This document shows, in pieces, positions 29,801-39,305 of a DNA stretch of 64,000 bases (the stretch's first letter is position 1; each line of letters starts with the position of its first letter). The stretch is from an uncultured delta proteobacterium. Lineage in GTDB: Bacteria; Myxococcota_A; Polyangia; Polyangiales; Houyiibacteriaceae. Below the pieces are notes generated by a model that did no database searches, was not told the DNA's origin, and worked only from the letters and a program-made list of their open reading frames with translations. The stretch is taken from the NCBI GenBank assembly GCA_963699755.1, contig CAVOVB010000003.1, forward strand, positions 512,001 through 576,000, read 5' to 3'. A program made the position numbers and the translations under genes.

Positions 29801-29866
29801 ACCATCCCTTTTTAACTCGGACGTTCCGCACCTGCGTCGAGCGTCTTTCGCGCGCGAGGATTGCGC

Positions 29867-32212
29867 ATGACTGATAACGATTCCAAAACAAGTGAGACCT
29901 CAACGGGAGAGGTGGCGCCTGTGGAATCGCAAGGCCCCCGTGAGACAGGCACCGAGACCGTGGCCGAGGACGTCGCGGCGAGTCAGTCCGTGGATCTGCA
30001 GGTGATCGAGTCCGTGGCGGACGCCGGGCCCGGGAGCGTGCCTGGGCACGTGACGCCCGCGGAGGCGGATACGATCTCTGGTGAGATGGCCGCGGCAGAG
30101 GCGCAGGGCGACACGGTGAGTGGGGAGGCCGCGCCCGATGGAGAGGAGACGTCTTCGGGGGAGGTGGGCGCCGCGGGCTCGGACAGGAAGAAGCGTCGTC
30201 GCCGTCGCAAGAAGAAGGGTGCACAGTCAGGCGCGAGTGAGGCGCCGCAGGATGGGAAGTCCGGGCACCACCACGCACCGTTCATTCATCTGTTCTCCGG
30301 AGGCGGGCCTCGAAAGCACGCGTTTGCGCCCGGGGAGGAAATTGCGGGACGCGTGGAGCGCGTGGAGCGCGGAACGGTCATCATCGACGTGTTCGGAAAG
30401 GCGACCGCGATCGCGGACGTTGATGAGCCCCGCGAGATTCCCGTCATCGCGCATGGCGCGGACGTGCCCGAGCAGGAAGCCGAAGCGGTCCCCGACGCGC
30501 CTCCAGCGGAGTCTCCGGTCGTCGAGGCGGCCGCCGCCGACGCAGCCGCGGTGGCGGCACCCGCCGTCGTGGCACCGATAGCCGAAGTAGCCCTCGCCGT
30601 GGAGCGCGACACCTTGGATTGGCAGTTCTCGGCGACCGGCGTGACGGACATCGACGAACTGGCGGAAGCGGACACCGTCGTAGCCGCTCAGGCCTTCGAT
30701 CCAACCAGCATGGTCGACGTGCCGGCGGCCCCGCCGTTGCCGACGACGGCACTTGGAACCGTTGCGGGGACCGTAGCGGTCGACGAGTCCGTGGCGGAGG
30801 CCGAGTCTGTGAGCGAGCCCGGGACCAGTTCAGAGGCAGACGCCGTGGCTCTGACCGAGCCTGCGGAGCCTGCCGAGGATCCCGCGGACGCCGATCTCAG
30901 CCTCCTCGATCCCTTGCCCGAGCTCGAGACTCCGGAGCTGGGCGCGATTTTCCGAGGGCGCATCAATGGGGTTGCCGAGAGCGGACACATCGTGCTCGTG
31001 AACCGAGTCATCGACAAGGCCGCGGTTCGCAAAGCGCTGCGCGCCGCCCGAGATTTGCACCATCGTGTGCAGGGCGTCGTCTACGGCTACAATCGCGGCG
31101 GCTTCGACGTGCTCGTCGGCGGCGTTCGGGCGTTCTGCCCGGCGAGCGCCATGTCGCTCACGCCCATCGAGGATCCCAACGCGTTCGTCGGGCAGCGCTG
31201 CGAGTTCTCGTTGCCGCAGGACAAGGGCAGCAAAAAGAGCATCATCGTCAGCCGACGGAGCATCCTCGAGAAGGAAGCTAGAAAGAAGGCCCGCGAACGG
31301 ATGGCCGAGCTCGAGGTCGGAACCAGGCTCCAGGGCAAGGTGCTCGAGGTGCGCGACTACGGCGTGCTCGTCGACCTCGGCGATGGCCTCGACGGCCTTG
31401 TTCACATGAGCGAGGTCTCCTGGGGCCGCGGCGTTCGACCGCAAGACGCCGCGAAGGTCGGTGATGAGGTCGAAGTCGAGGTTCTGAAAGTTCAGCAGGC
31501 ATCTCGCAAAGACCGCTTCGGTCGCGTGTCGCTCTCGATGCGCGCCTGTCAACCGGACCCCTTGGAGGCCGCCGGCGACACGATCCGGCCCGGAATGCCG
31601 ATCAAAGGGAAGGTCGTCCGGACGACGGAGTTTGGCGCTTTCGTCCAGCTCCAAGAGAACATCGAAGGGCTGCTCCACATCTCGGAGCTGGGCGGGAGCA
31701 GAGAGCTCACGCACGCCAAGCAGGCGGTCACCGAAGGCGACGAAATTCACGTCGTCGTCGAGCGAGTTGATCGTCAGCAAAGGCGCATTTCGCTCTCGAA
31801 GCTGTCGGATGCAGACGCTGCTGCGATCGAAGCGGGAGAAATTGAAGTCGGTAAGGCTCCACGCTCGCTCAAGCCCGGCTCGATCGTTCCGGTACTCGTC
31901 AAACGGGTCGACCACAGCGGTGTCCAGGTCCAGGTCGAAGGCATGCTAGGAAAGCGCGGCCGCGGCTTCATTCGCAGTCGTGAGCTTCAAGACGCGCACG
32001 ACGACAAGAGAAAGGGCGTGTCTCAGGGCGACGTCATCGAGGTGAAAGTCATCGGCGTCGAGCGCGACGGCTCCCTACGCTGCTCGGTTCGCGCCCGACT
32101 CCTCGATGACGAGCGCAAGGCCGTCCGAGAGTACCGCAAGGAGTCGGCGCAGCAGGGGCTGGGTACCTTTGGCGACTTGCTCAAAGCCAAGCTCGGCGGC
32201 GGCTCAGACTAA
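29867..32212 (+). CDS. Multi-S1-domain RNA-binding protein (ribosomal protein S1-like)
   Basis: S1 repeats (NRGGFDV..AFCPAS; DYGVLVDLG.GLDGLVHMSE; EFGAFVQL..IEGLLHISE), C-terminal GTFGDLLKAKL. Confidence 0.88.
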   Translation: MTDNDSKTSETSTGEVAPVESQGPRETGTETVAEDVAASQSVDLQVIESVADAGPGSVPGHVTPAEADTISGEMAAAEAQGDTVSGEAAPDGEETSSGEVGAAGSDRKKRRRRRKKKGAQSGASEAPQDGKSGHHHAPFIHLFSGGGPRKHAFAPGEEIAGRVERVERGTVIIDVFGKATAIADVDEPREIPVIAHGADVPEQEAEAVPDAPPAESPVVEAAAADAAAVAAPAVVAPIAEVALAVERDTLDWQFSATGVTDIDELAEADTVVAAQAFDPTSMVDVPAAPPLPTTALGTVAGTVAVDESVAEAESVSEPGTSSEADAVALTEPAEPAEDPADADLSLLDPLPELETPELGAIFRGRINGVAESGHIVLVNRVIDKAAVRKALRAARDLHHRVQGVVYGYNRGGFDVLVGGVRAFCPASAMSLTPIEDPNAFVGQRCEFSLPQDKGSKKSIIVSRRSILEKEARKKARERMAELEVGTRLQGKVLEVRDYGVLVDLGDGLDGLVHMSEVSWGRGVRPQDAAKVGDEVEVEVLKVQQASRKDRFGRVSLSMRACQPDPLEAAGDTIRPGMPIKGKVVRTTEFGAFVQLQENIEGLLHISELGGSRELTHAKQAVTEGDEIHVVVERVDRQQRRISLSKLSDADAAAIEAGEIEVGKAPRSLKPGSIVPVLVKRVDHSGVQVQVEGMLGKRGRGFIRSRELQDAHDDKRKGVSQGDVIEVKVIGVERDGSLRCSVRARLLDDERKAVREYRKESAQQGLGTFGDLLKAKLGGGSD

Positions 32213-32215
32213 TCC

Positions 32216-32418
32216 CGGGGCGCGGAAAAAGACGTCACGGGCTTCCACCGAACGGCTCGCGCTTCCGCGGATGTTGGCGGGCGGTGGGGCGGCTGGTTGC
32301 ATGGTTTGGTTTAGTTACACCGCGCGCCCACCCCCGCCCGTAGTCCTCCCTGCCGCGGCATTCGCTTCGCTCTGCCTTGGCGGCGGTTTTGGCGCCGGGC
32401 TTTGCCTTCGGGCTCGCG
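32216..32418. repeat. Dispersed repeat copy C: module 1 (+, 32216-32260) plus module 2 (-, 32303-32418)
   Basis: CGGGGCGCGGAAAAAGACGTCACGGG; reverse complement contains AAGGCAGAGCGAAGCGAATGCCGCGGCAGGGAGGACTACGGGC..GGTGTAACTAAACCAAACC. Confidence 0.85.
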
Positions 32419-32547
32419 GGGACTGCTATCTTGCTAGTGGCGCGGGGGACTTGTCTTGATGGCGCCGCTCGGCGGAACGCGCCCCCGTATCCTCCGATCG
32501 CGAGCACGCCCGTCGCGAGGGGTTCTCCGCTTGTATGCCTGGTCGAC

Positions 32548-32576
32548 TTGTCGCTTGGCTTATCGTCGTTTAGGCT
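32548..32576 (+). promoter_or_regulatory. Sigma70 promoter of tRNA-Val (TTGTCG-N17-TAGGCT) with GC-rich discriminator
   Basis: Exact spacing, 17 nt upstream of tRNA. Confidence 0.55.
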
Positions 32577-32593
32577 CCGCGCCGTTTCGAATT

Positions 32594-32665
32594 GGGCGAT
32601 TAACTCAGGGGTAGAGTGGTTTCTTCACACGGAACAAGTCGCTGGTTCAAATCCAGCATCGCCCA
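32594..32665 (+). tRNA. tRNA-Val (anticodon CAC)
   Basis: Cloverleaf: acceptor GGGCGAT/ATCGCCC, D-arm ACTC/GAGT, anticodon arm GTTTC-TTCACAC-GGAAC, T-arm GCTGG-TTCAAAT-CCAGC; full CCA not encoded. Confidence 0.95.
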
Positions 32666-32732
32666 CCCACAAATCATGGCTCGTTGAAGGCGGTCGGGCC
32701 GGCCGCTTGCGAGGCAATCGAAGGAGAAGCGC

Positions 32733-33758
32733 GTGTCTGACCTGACGACGTTGGTCCAGGGAATCCAGACCGGAGAGATGCGAGCCCTCGGGCGGGCCTG
32801 CCGGCTGATCGACGAGCGGGATCCTCGCGCCTTCGAATTGCTGAAGCGAATCTTCACGCACGAAGAGCGTGCCTACGTGATCGGCGTGACGGGCACGCCG
32901 GGCGCTGGCAAGAGCACCTTGGTCGACGGCCTGATTCGACTCTATCGCGACCAGGGCAAACGCGTCGCCGTTCTCGCCATCGACCCGACGAGCCCCTATT
33001 CGGGCGGTGCGATCCTCGGCGATCGGATCCGAATGCAACAGCACTTCACCGACGAAGGGGTGTTCATTCGTTCGATCGCAACTCGCGGTCACCTCGGCGG
33101 GCTTTCTCGCTCGACCGGTGACGTGCTTCACGTCTTGCGTGCCTCTAGCTTCGATGTGGTGATCCTGGAGACCGTTGGTGTCGGGCAGGACGAGCTCGAG
33201 GTGACGCAGCTCGCGGACACCACACTCGTGGTGATGGCGCCCGGGCTCGGAGACGATATTCAGGCGATCAAGGCTGGTATCCTCGAGGTGGCCGACGTCT
33301 TCGCCGTGAACAAGTCCGATCGCGTCGGTGCCGACGCCACCGTGCAAGACCTTGAGCAGATGCTCTCGCTTCGGCGCGCGCCGACCGGTGTCGCCAAGAT
33401 GCAAGGGCACACCGCCGTATCTACGCTGCGAAAAGGTCCGGAAGCCGAGGGCGGCGAGTGGCTGCCACCGATTCTCAAGACCATCGCCCATCGTCGAGAG
33501 GGGCTAGGCGACTTGGTCGATGCGTTTTCGAAGCACCGGGAGTTTCTCACGACGACCGAGGCCGGAAAGGCGCTTCGGGCCAAACGGCAAGTCGCCGAGT
33601 TCCGGGGAATTTTGTACCAGGCATTGATCGACGAGGTGGATGCACGCTTTGCCGAGCAGGTTAGCGAGAAGTTGCAGGACATCGTCGATGGCCGGACCGA
33701 TCCCTACTCGAGCGCAGAAGCTCTGGTGCGCGCCGCGATGAGCGAGCCGGAATCCTAG
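32733..33758 (+). CDS. meaB: Methylmalonyl-CoA mutase-associated GTPase MeaB
   Basis: GTPGAGKST, DPTSPYSGGAILGDRIRM, ETVGVGQDE, IQAIKAGILE, NKSD. Confidence 0.94.
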   Translation: MSDLTTLVQGIQTGEMRALGRACRLIDERDPRAFELLKRIFTHEERAYVIGVTGTPGAGKSTLVDGLIRLYRDQGKRVAVLAIDPTSPYSGGAILGDRIRMQQHFTDEGVFIRSIATRGHLGGLSRSTGDVLHVLRASSFDVVILETVGVGQDELEVTQLADTTLVVMAPGLGDDIQAIKAGILEVADVFAVNKSDRVGADATVQDLEQMLSLRRAPTGVAKMQGHTAVSTLRKGPEAEGGEWLPPILKTIAHRREGLGDLVDAFSKHREFLTTTEAGKALRAKRQVAEFRGILYQALIDEVDARFAEQVSEKLQDIVDGRTDPYSSAEALVRAAMSEPES

Positions 33759-33762
33759 TCGG

Positions 33763-34662
33763 TTAGCGCTCTCCCACGATGAAGTCGGCAAGTCGTTTGG
33801 CTCGATGCTCGGTGAGGGTGTCCGTCCCGCCCCAGATCGGAACGGCCGCACCGATGCGCGCGAAGCCGTCGTACAGAAGGAAGCGTGCGAGGAGCTCTTC
33901 TCTGCTGTGCAAGGAGCGAATGAACTGAATCGGGAAGGCGAAGGTGCCTAGAACCGGAACAAGTCCCACGAGCAACGCGGTCGAGGGGCGTTCCTTGCCG
34001 CGGATCGAATTTTGGACGATGCGACAGCTGGTGTAGAGCGAACGGGCCGCGGGTCCGGCGGCCACCATGCCGAGCGCCAACGAGCCTTCGCTGAGGAGGC
34101 CGAATGCGCACAGGAGCGGAAGAAACCAGTACTCGAGCGTCTTCACGAAAGGCTTGATGGCGAGGTGAACACCAAAATCGGTGGCAAACGTCGCCGAGTC
34201 TTCCTGTTCGAGGTGACCTCGTAGGAGCTCGGCATCGTTCTCGGACATCTGTCGCCGGTCGAGCCAGGCGGCGATGCGCTGCTCGGTGAACTCGCGCGCG
34301 AGCTCGGCTCTGTATCGTTGCGACAAGAAGAAGCGTCCAACGCGAGACGGAAGGGTCCGCCAAGGCACGCTGGCGAGTCGGCGAAGCCCCCCGTGGACGC
34401 ACCTGACGAGGCTCCCCGGTAGACGGCTCAACGCCGCGCTGCTCTCGCGCAGATACCAACGGACCGGGCGAGGGCGGAACCAGTCCGCCTCGGCTTGGCT
34501 GAGGTCGCCGCGTGCGAGACGGTAGCCGATGCTTCGGGCCGCGCGCGTCTGGGTCTTCCGCCGCTTGATTCCATGCCCAGCCATGAGAGCGGGCCGCATA
34601 GAGCGCGCCGTCGAACGGACGCCAGGTCCAACGCTGGCGCAGGAATTGTCGTCATCCCCCAT
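33763..34662 (-). CDS. Hypothetical membrane-associated protein (start uncertain, possibly a fragment)
   Basis: Fills gap between meaB and hydratase; protein-like C-terminal half (DFGVHLAIKP..PIWGGTDTLTEH). Confidence 0.5.
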   Translation of the reverse strand: MGDDDNSCASVGPGVRSTARSMRPALMAGHGIKRRKTQTRAARSIGYRLARGDLSQAEADWFRPRPVRWYLRESSAALSRLPGSLVRCVHGGLRRLASVPWRTLPSRVGRFFLSQRYRAELAREFTEQRIAAWLDRRQMSENDAELLRGHLEQEDSATFATDFGVHLAIKPFVKTLEYWFLPLLCAFGLLSEGSLALGMVAAGPAARSLYTSCRIVQNSIRGKERPSTALLVGLVPVLGTFAFPIQFIRSLHSREELLARFLLYDGFARIGAAVPIWGGTDTLTEHRAKRLADFIVGER

Positions 34663-34762
34663 CCAACACGATAGAGGCTGGGCGCTCCGGAGCCCAAACG
34701 TGCGGAAGCCTACAATTGCGTCCTGTCATGGCGGACAAGACGGCTTGGGCTAAAGTCCACCC

Positions 34763-35539
34763 ATGACCTCGTTTGTGGAAGTGACGCACGATGGCCACGT
34801 CAGCACCTTGACGATCGACCGTCCCGACAAGCTCAATGCACTCAGTGAGGAGGTGCTCGCCGATTTAGGCGCCGCCATCGAAACGATAGCTGGCAACGAA
34901 GACGTCTGGGCCGCGGTGATCACGGGGACAGGGAAGGCGTTCGTTGCGGGCGCGGACATTGCCGCCATGAAGGGCATGAGCGAGGCTCAGGGGCGCGCTT
35001 TTGGCGCGCTCGGGCACGATGTGTTCACGGCGATCGAGAATCTTCGCTGTCCGGTCATTGCGGCGGTCAACGGCTTCGCTCTCGGCGGCGGTTGCGAGCT
35101 CGCGCTTGCCTGTGACTTCGTCTACGCCTCGACTAGGGCCAAGTTCGGTCAGCCGGAGGTGAATCTCGGGATCATCCCCGGCTTTGGCGGCACACAGCGT
35201 CTGCCACGACGGGTCGGTTCCGCGCTTGCCCGTGAGCTCATCTACACCGGGCAGATGCTCAACGCGGAAGAGGCGCTTCGCATCGGCCTGGCCAACGCGG
35301 TATTCGAGCCGCACGAGTTGCTCACAGCCGCGCACAAGACGGCTGCCGAGATCGCGAGCAAGGGGCCGTTGGCGGTCGCCGCTGCGAAGCGGTTGATTCG
35401 GGACGGCGCGGACCTGCCGTTGCCGGAGGCGAATCGACTCGAACAAGAGGCCTTTGGTGAAGCCTTTGGCACCCACGATCAACGCGAGGGCATGGCCGCG
35501 TTTCTCGAGAAACGGGCACCGGCGTTCACAGGCGCCTAG
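34763..35539 (+). CDS. Enoyl-CoA hydratase/isomerase (crotonase-like)
   Basis: AFVAGADI, ALGGGCELA, GQPEVNLGIIPGFGGTQRL. Confidence 0.94.
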   Translation: MTSFVEVTHDGHVSTLTIDRPDKLNALSEEVLADLGAAIETIAGNEDVWAAVITGTGKAFVAGADIAAMKGMSEAQGRAFGALGHDVFTAIENLRCPVIAAVNGFALGGGCELALACDFVYASTRAKFGQPEVNLGIIPGFGGTQRLPRRVGSALARELIYTGQMLNAEEALRIGLANAVFEPHELLTAAHKTAAEIASKGPLAVAAAKRLIRDGADLPLPEANRLEQEAFGEAFGTHDQREGMAAFLEKRAPAFTGA

Positions 35540-35547
35540 GCCGAAAC

Positions 35548-38238
35548 TCAGCGTGAGCCAAAGGCATGCTCGATGCCTGGTCGATGCACGCGCGCTCGTT
35601 CGGCGCAGAGTGAAATCGCCTCGACCGTGAAGGCGAGGTTCCGCGGGCCACCCGAGAGGTCGGCGACTCTTGGATCGAAGAAGCGCTGCACCGCGGCTGC
35701 CGCCTCGTCGGTGCAAAACGACGCGGCATTCAAAGGTGAGCCGCCGACCTGTGTCCTACCGAAACGGGCGGCGAAGGCATCGAAGTTATCAGTGAGCCAC
35801 TGCCACGCGCGTTCTCGGGTTCGTGGGTTCTGGAATTGCTCGCCCAGCACGCTGCCGATTTCGTTGACACGAACACGAGGATCGAGCACCAGATCAAGCG
35901 CGCGTTCGGACAGCTCAGGCGTCTCGGCCTGTCCAAGGGCAGCGAGGAGGCGAATGCGCGTGGTGGCGTCGCTGCTCGACTCGAGAAGCCCGAGCAAATG
36001 CTCAAAGAACGCCGAGCCGTCGACTTGGACTGCGGTTGCGAGCACGAGTCCGATGAGCTGAGGGTCGACGACGTCTGGCTTCGCCTTGGACCGGTAGCCG
36101 ATGTAGCTTCGGCCGAGGCGCGCAGCCTGCTGACGGGCGTTTCCGTCCCTCACGTCCATCACCATGAATCGAACGACGGCCTCGCGAAGAATCTTCGTGT
36201 CACTCGAATCACTGGGCCTCGACCGCCATCCGAGCCGCCGGTAGCGCGTGCGGTAGAGCCTGCTCGCGTAGGTTGTCACCTTTGCGCGAAGCTCCGCGGG
36301 CGCAGCATCGTCGATCATGAATCGAAGCGGCCTCATCGGAGCGACCGCGAGCTGTCGAAGGGGGCTCGAGACCAGGATGGAGAACCAAGGAAGCATGTCC
36401 TCCACGCCCATGGTGCCCCGCTCGAACGCGGCCTCCACACTGTCGGCGACCGCCATCTGTCCCCGATCCGAGAGCTCTTCGAAGCCCTTCGTTCGGAGCT
36501 CCTTCCACTCGCCGGCGGACATCGAGAAGCGGAAGTAGCCCGCGGCCCTGGCATTCGGCATCCACCAGGTTGGGCAGCCTGGGAGCTCGATTTCGCCCTG
36601 TGCTTCGATGAGTGAGCTACAACTCGTCCCTGCGCTGTGACGGACGCAAAGGGGGATCCGCCAGATTCGGTCCGGGTCGCCGCTCGAGCCGATCGGGAGG
36701 AAGCGCTCTTGCGCCAGCTTCAGCGTGCGCGTGCCGCCTTCGCATGAGCCCGCTGCCGTCCCCGTTACCAGAGGAACGCCGGGTTGCGTCAGGAACGTGC
36801 GAAATGCAGGCGAGACCTCCGCACTGCCGACTTCATCGAGGGCCGCCAGCAGATCCGCGGAGGTCGCGGTGCCGCCCCGGTGTCGCCGCATGTAGAGGCG
36901 AATCGCCTCCCGAAAGGTGTCAGGGCCCATCCAGCGCTCGAACATTCCGAGAACGGCTCCGCCTTTTTCGTAGGTGATGGTGTCGAAGGCGTTCTTGATG
37001 TCATGGTTGCTCTCGATGGGCTGGGCGATGCTGCGTGCGCTGCTGAGGCTGTCAACCCGCATCGCGCGTTGTGCCGAGGCCGCCTCGACGAGCTCGACGC
37101 GATACTCGGGGTGCAGTTGCTGCACGACTTTGTTACCCATCCAGGTAGCGAACGCCTCGTTTAACCAGATGTCGTCCCACCATGGCATCGTGACGAGGTT
37201 CCCAAACCACTGATGGGCGAGCTCGTGCGCCAAGACATAGGCAAAGGCGCGTCGCTGGTATTCGGTTGCGCGCTTCTCATCGAGCAAGAGGAGCCATTCG
37301 CGAAAGGTGATCAAACCGACGTTTTCCATGGCGCCTGCCGCGAAATCGGGGACGGCTGCCAGATCGAGCTTTCGGTACGGGTAGGGGATGTCGAAGTAGT
37401 CTTCGAGCGCCAGGACGAACTCTCCGGTTCGTTCTAGCGCAAATCGCAGTTTCTCGCCTTGGCCCTTGGCAGCGAGACCGCGGAGCGGAATCGGGAACGG
37501 GCGTCGTTCGCTTGGCTCAATGGTCGGACCTTGAACGACATCGAGAGGACCTACGGCCCAGGCGACGAGATAGCTGGGGAGCGGAGGGGTTGGCATGAAG
37601 CTGATGCGTTGAAGGCCATCAGGAAGCTCGATCGTTCGGTCCACCGGCGTATTTGCCGCGGCGAACTCGCCCTGCGGAATGGTGAGCGTCACGTCGAAGG
37701 GGGTCTTGAAACGCGGCTCGTCGAAGCATGGAAAGGCGAGGCGCGCGCTGATCGACTCGAACTGCGTGAAGGCATAGATCTCCCCGCCGGACTCGACGCG
37801 ATAGAGCCCTTGGAGCGGGGTGTCGAAGCCGGCCGTGTAGGCGATGTGCAGGCTGCTCCGCCCAGCGGGCAAGGGCTCTTGCAACCCGATGCGAACCACG
37901 CCGTCCGATGTCTCTTGGGTCCAGGTCGCGGGGACGCTGCTGGTCGCGTGCGTGGCATGGATCGCGGTGACGTCCAGACCCTGACCGTGCATCCAGATTG
38001 TGGCCGAGGGTTGGTCGAGCTCGATGCCGATGACGGCCGTTCCGGAGAACCTGTCGTGCTCCGGAATGATCGTGAGACTCAGGCGATAGCTGGTCGGCCG
38101 AGTACCTTCGGGGAGCTTGCCGGTGGGAACCTGCCCGACCGGAGGAGTCGTTTCCAGTGGTTCTTTCGCGCCTCCGCAGCCGAGCGAGACGAAGAGGAAG
38201 AAAGAAACGCTGAGCGCCGCTCGGTTCCAGATGCTCAT
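35548..38238 (-). CDS. M1 family aminopeptidase lipoprotein with ERAP1-like C-terminus
   Basis: Lipobox SLGC, GAMEN, HELAHQWFGNLVT..WLNEAFA, YEKG. Confidence 0.93.
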   Translation of the reverse strand: MSIWNRAALSVSFFLFVSLGCGGAKEPLETTPPVGQVPTGKLPEGTRPTSYRLSLTIIPEHDRFSGTAVIGIELDQPSATIWMHGQGLDVTAIHATHATSSVPATWTQETSDGVVRIGLQEPLPAGRSSLHIAYTAGFDTPLQGLYRVESGGEIYAFTQFESISARLAFPCFDEPRFKTPFDVTLTIPQGEFAAANTPVDRTIELPDGLQRISFMPTPPLPSYLVAWAVGPLDVVQGPTIEPSERRPFPIPLRGLAAKGQGEKLRFALERTGEFVLALEDYFDIPYPYRKLDLAAVPDFAAGAMENVGLITFREWLLLLDEKRATEYQRRAFAYVLAHELAHQWFGNLVTMPWWDDIWLNEAFATWMGNKVVQQLHPEYRVELVEAASAQRAMRVDSLSSARSIAQPIESNHDIKNAFDTITYEKGGAVLGMFERWMGPDTFREAIRLYMRRHRGGTATSADLLAALDEVGSAEVSPAFRTFLTQPGVPLVTGTAAGSCEGGTRTLKLAQERFLPIGSSGDPDRIWRIPLCVRHSAGTSCSSLIEAQGEIELPGCPTWWMPNARAAGYFRFSMSAGEWKELRTKGFEELSDRGQMAVADSVEAAFERGTMGVEDMLPWFSILVSSPLRQLAVAPMRPLRFMIDDAAPAELRAKVTTYASRLYRTRYRRLGWRSRPSDSSDTKILREAVVRFMVMDVRDGNARQQAARLGRSYIGYRSKAKPDVVDPQLIGLVLATAVQVDGSAFFEHLLGLLESSSDATTRIRLLAALGQAETPELSERALDLVLDPRVRVNEIGSVLGEQFQNPRTRERAWQWLTDNFDAFAARFGRTQVGGSPLNAASFCTDEAAAAVQRFFDPRVADLSGGPRNLAFTVEAISLCAERARVHRPGIEHAFGSR

Positions 38239-39305
38239 CTCGGTGATCTTCGTCCGGGGTCGTGGCCGAGCGCGTACAAGCGATCGTAGAGCTCTCGCCC
38301 CAAGGGTTGGTGAGAGGTGCGTGGCAGCGCTTGGCCGAGGTAGGGAGGGAGACTTCGAAGCGACTGGGCGAGCTCCTCCATCGAAGGGCCTTCCGGATCG
38401 AGGGCGAGCTTCGAGGAAGGGCGCCGATTGGCGAACCAGCTCGCGGTCGCCGTGAAAAAGACGGCCAGGGCAATTGCCGCGACGAGTTTGGGTGGCTGCT
38501 CTTCGCCGACCATGCCCGCAAGGACGAATAGAATGACCGACAATGAAATGGCGATGGCCCAGCGCAGCACGCTCCCGGAGCCTGCGCTCCCAACGCCCCC
38601 GGCCTCGTACCGGACCAGCGTTTGCCAGTGTCGTTCGGGCGCCCGATTGAAGAGACCGTCGCTCACGAGGGCGGTTCGGAGCCAGGGGAGCGCGGCCGCG
38701 TGCGTGAGAAACGGGGCGGGGGCGGGAAGATGGGCGATGCGCCAGCAGCGGTGCTCGATTTCGATCGGCGAGGGGAACACGGGCCAGATGCCGAGCTTCA
38801 TCACCAACCAGGGGCTGACGACGATGACCGATGCGACGGAGAGAAGCGCGGCAGTGATCTCCTGGGCCAAGGCCCCAAACGGTGGAAGCGCCTCGACGGC
38901 GACGCGCGCGAGCAAGGCGAGCCCGGCGGCCAAGATCGGTAAGGTGGACATCTGCACCGCGCGCCCTGCGGTTTCGAGGTGGGACATCGCTTCGCATTCC
39001 TCGGGGGTGCGCTGCGCGAGGGCGATGGCGACCCAGGCGGTCATCACGCACAGGCTCGCGAAGAACCAGGTCCCAGTCAGCGGCAAGCGTGTCGACAGGG
39101 CCGGGTCAGCGGCGAGCGCCCCGGCGACAGCTGACGCCGGAAGCGCCGCCACGCTCGCGAAGAGGCAGGCGCGCCGATACCGCAAGAGCGCTCGCTCTCG
39201 CATTGCCGCTCGGGCCGACCGATGGACCGGGAACCAGGCTCGAAGGCCCGCACAGACCGGCCAGGGGAGTAGGGCGCAGGCGGACAAGACCAGCAGTGAG
39301 GTCAT
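38235..39305 (-). CDS. Multi-TM membrane protein with degenerate M48-peptidase-like segment
   Basis: Coupled to xth and M1 peptidase by ATGA overlaps; HAAALPW..ALVSDGLF..LVRYEAGG. Confidence 0.6.
   Translation of the reverse strand: MTSLLVLSACALLPWPVCAGLRAWFPVHRSARAAMRERALLRYRRACLFASVAALPASAVAGALAADPALSTRLPLTGTWFFASLCVMTAWVAIALAQRTPEECEAMSHLETAGRAVQMSTLPILAAGLALLARVAVEALPPFGALAQEITAALLSVASVIVVSPWLVMKLGIWPVFPSPIEIEHRCWRIAHLPAPAPFLTHAAALPWLRTALVSDGLFNRAPERHWQTLVRYEAGGVGSAGSGSVLRWAIAISLSVILFVLAGMVGEEQPPKLVAAIALAVFFTATASWFANRRPSSKLALDPEGPSMEELAQSLRSLPPYLGQALPRTSHQPLGRELYDRLYALGHDPGRRSPR

Noticed and set aside
32303..32325. GTTACACC/GGTGTAAC core as integron attC or dif site
   Set aside because: Does not fit RYYYAAC..GTTRRRY or XerC/XerD arm spacing
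32594..32665. tRNA-Val as island integration site
   Set aside because: No integrase and no duplicated tRNA 3' end seen in the window
38239..39051. 1167-aa version of the M1 peptidase
   Set aside because: Upstream part is Arg-rich nonsense overlapping another gene; ATG 38238 gives a proper lipoprotein signal
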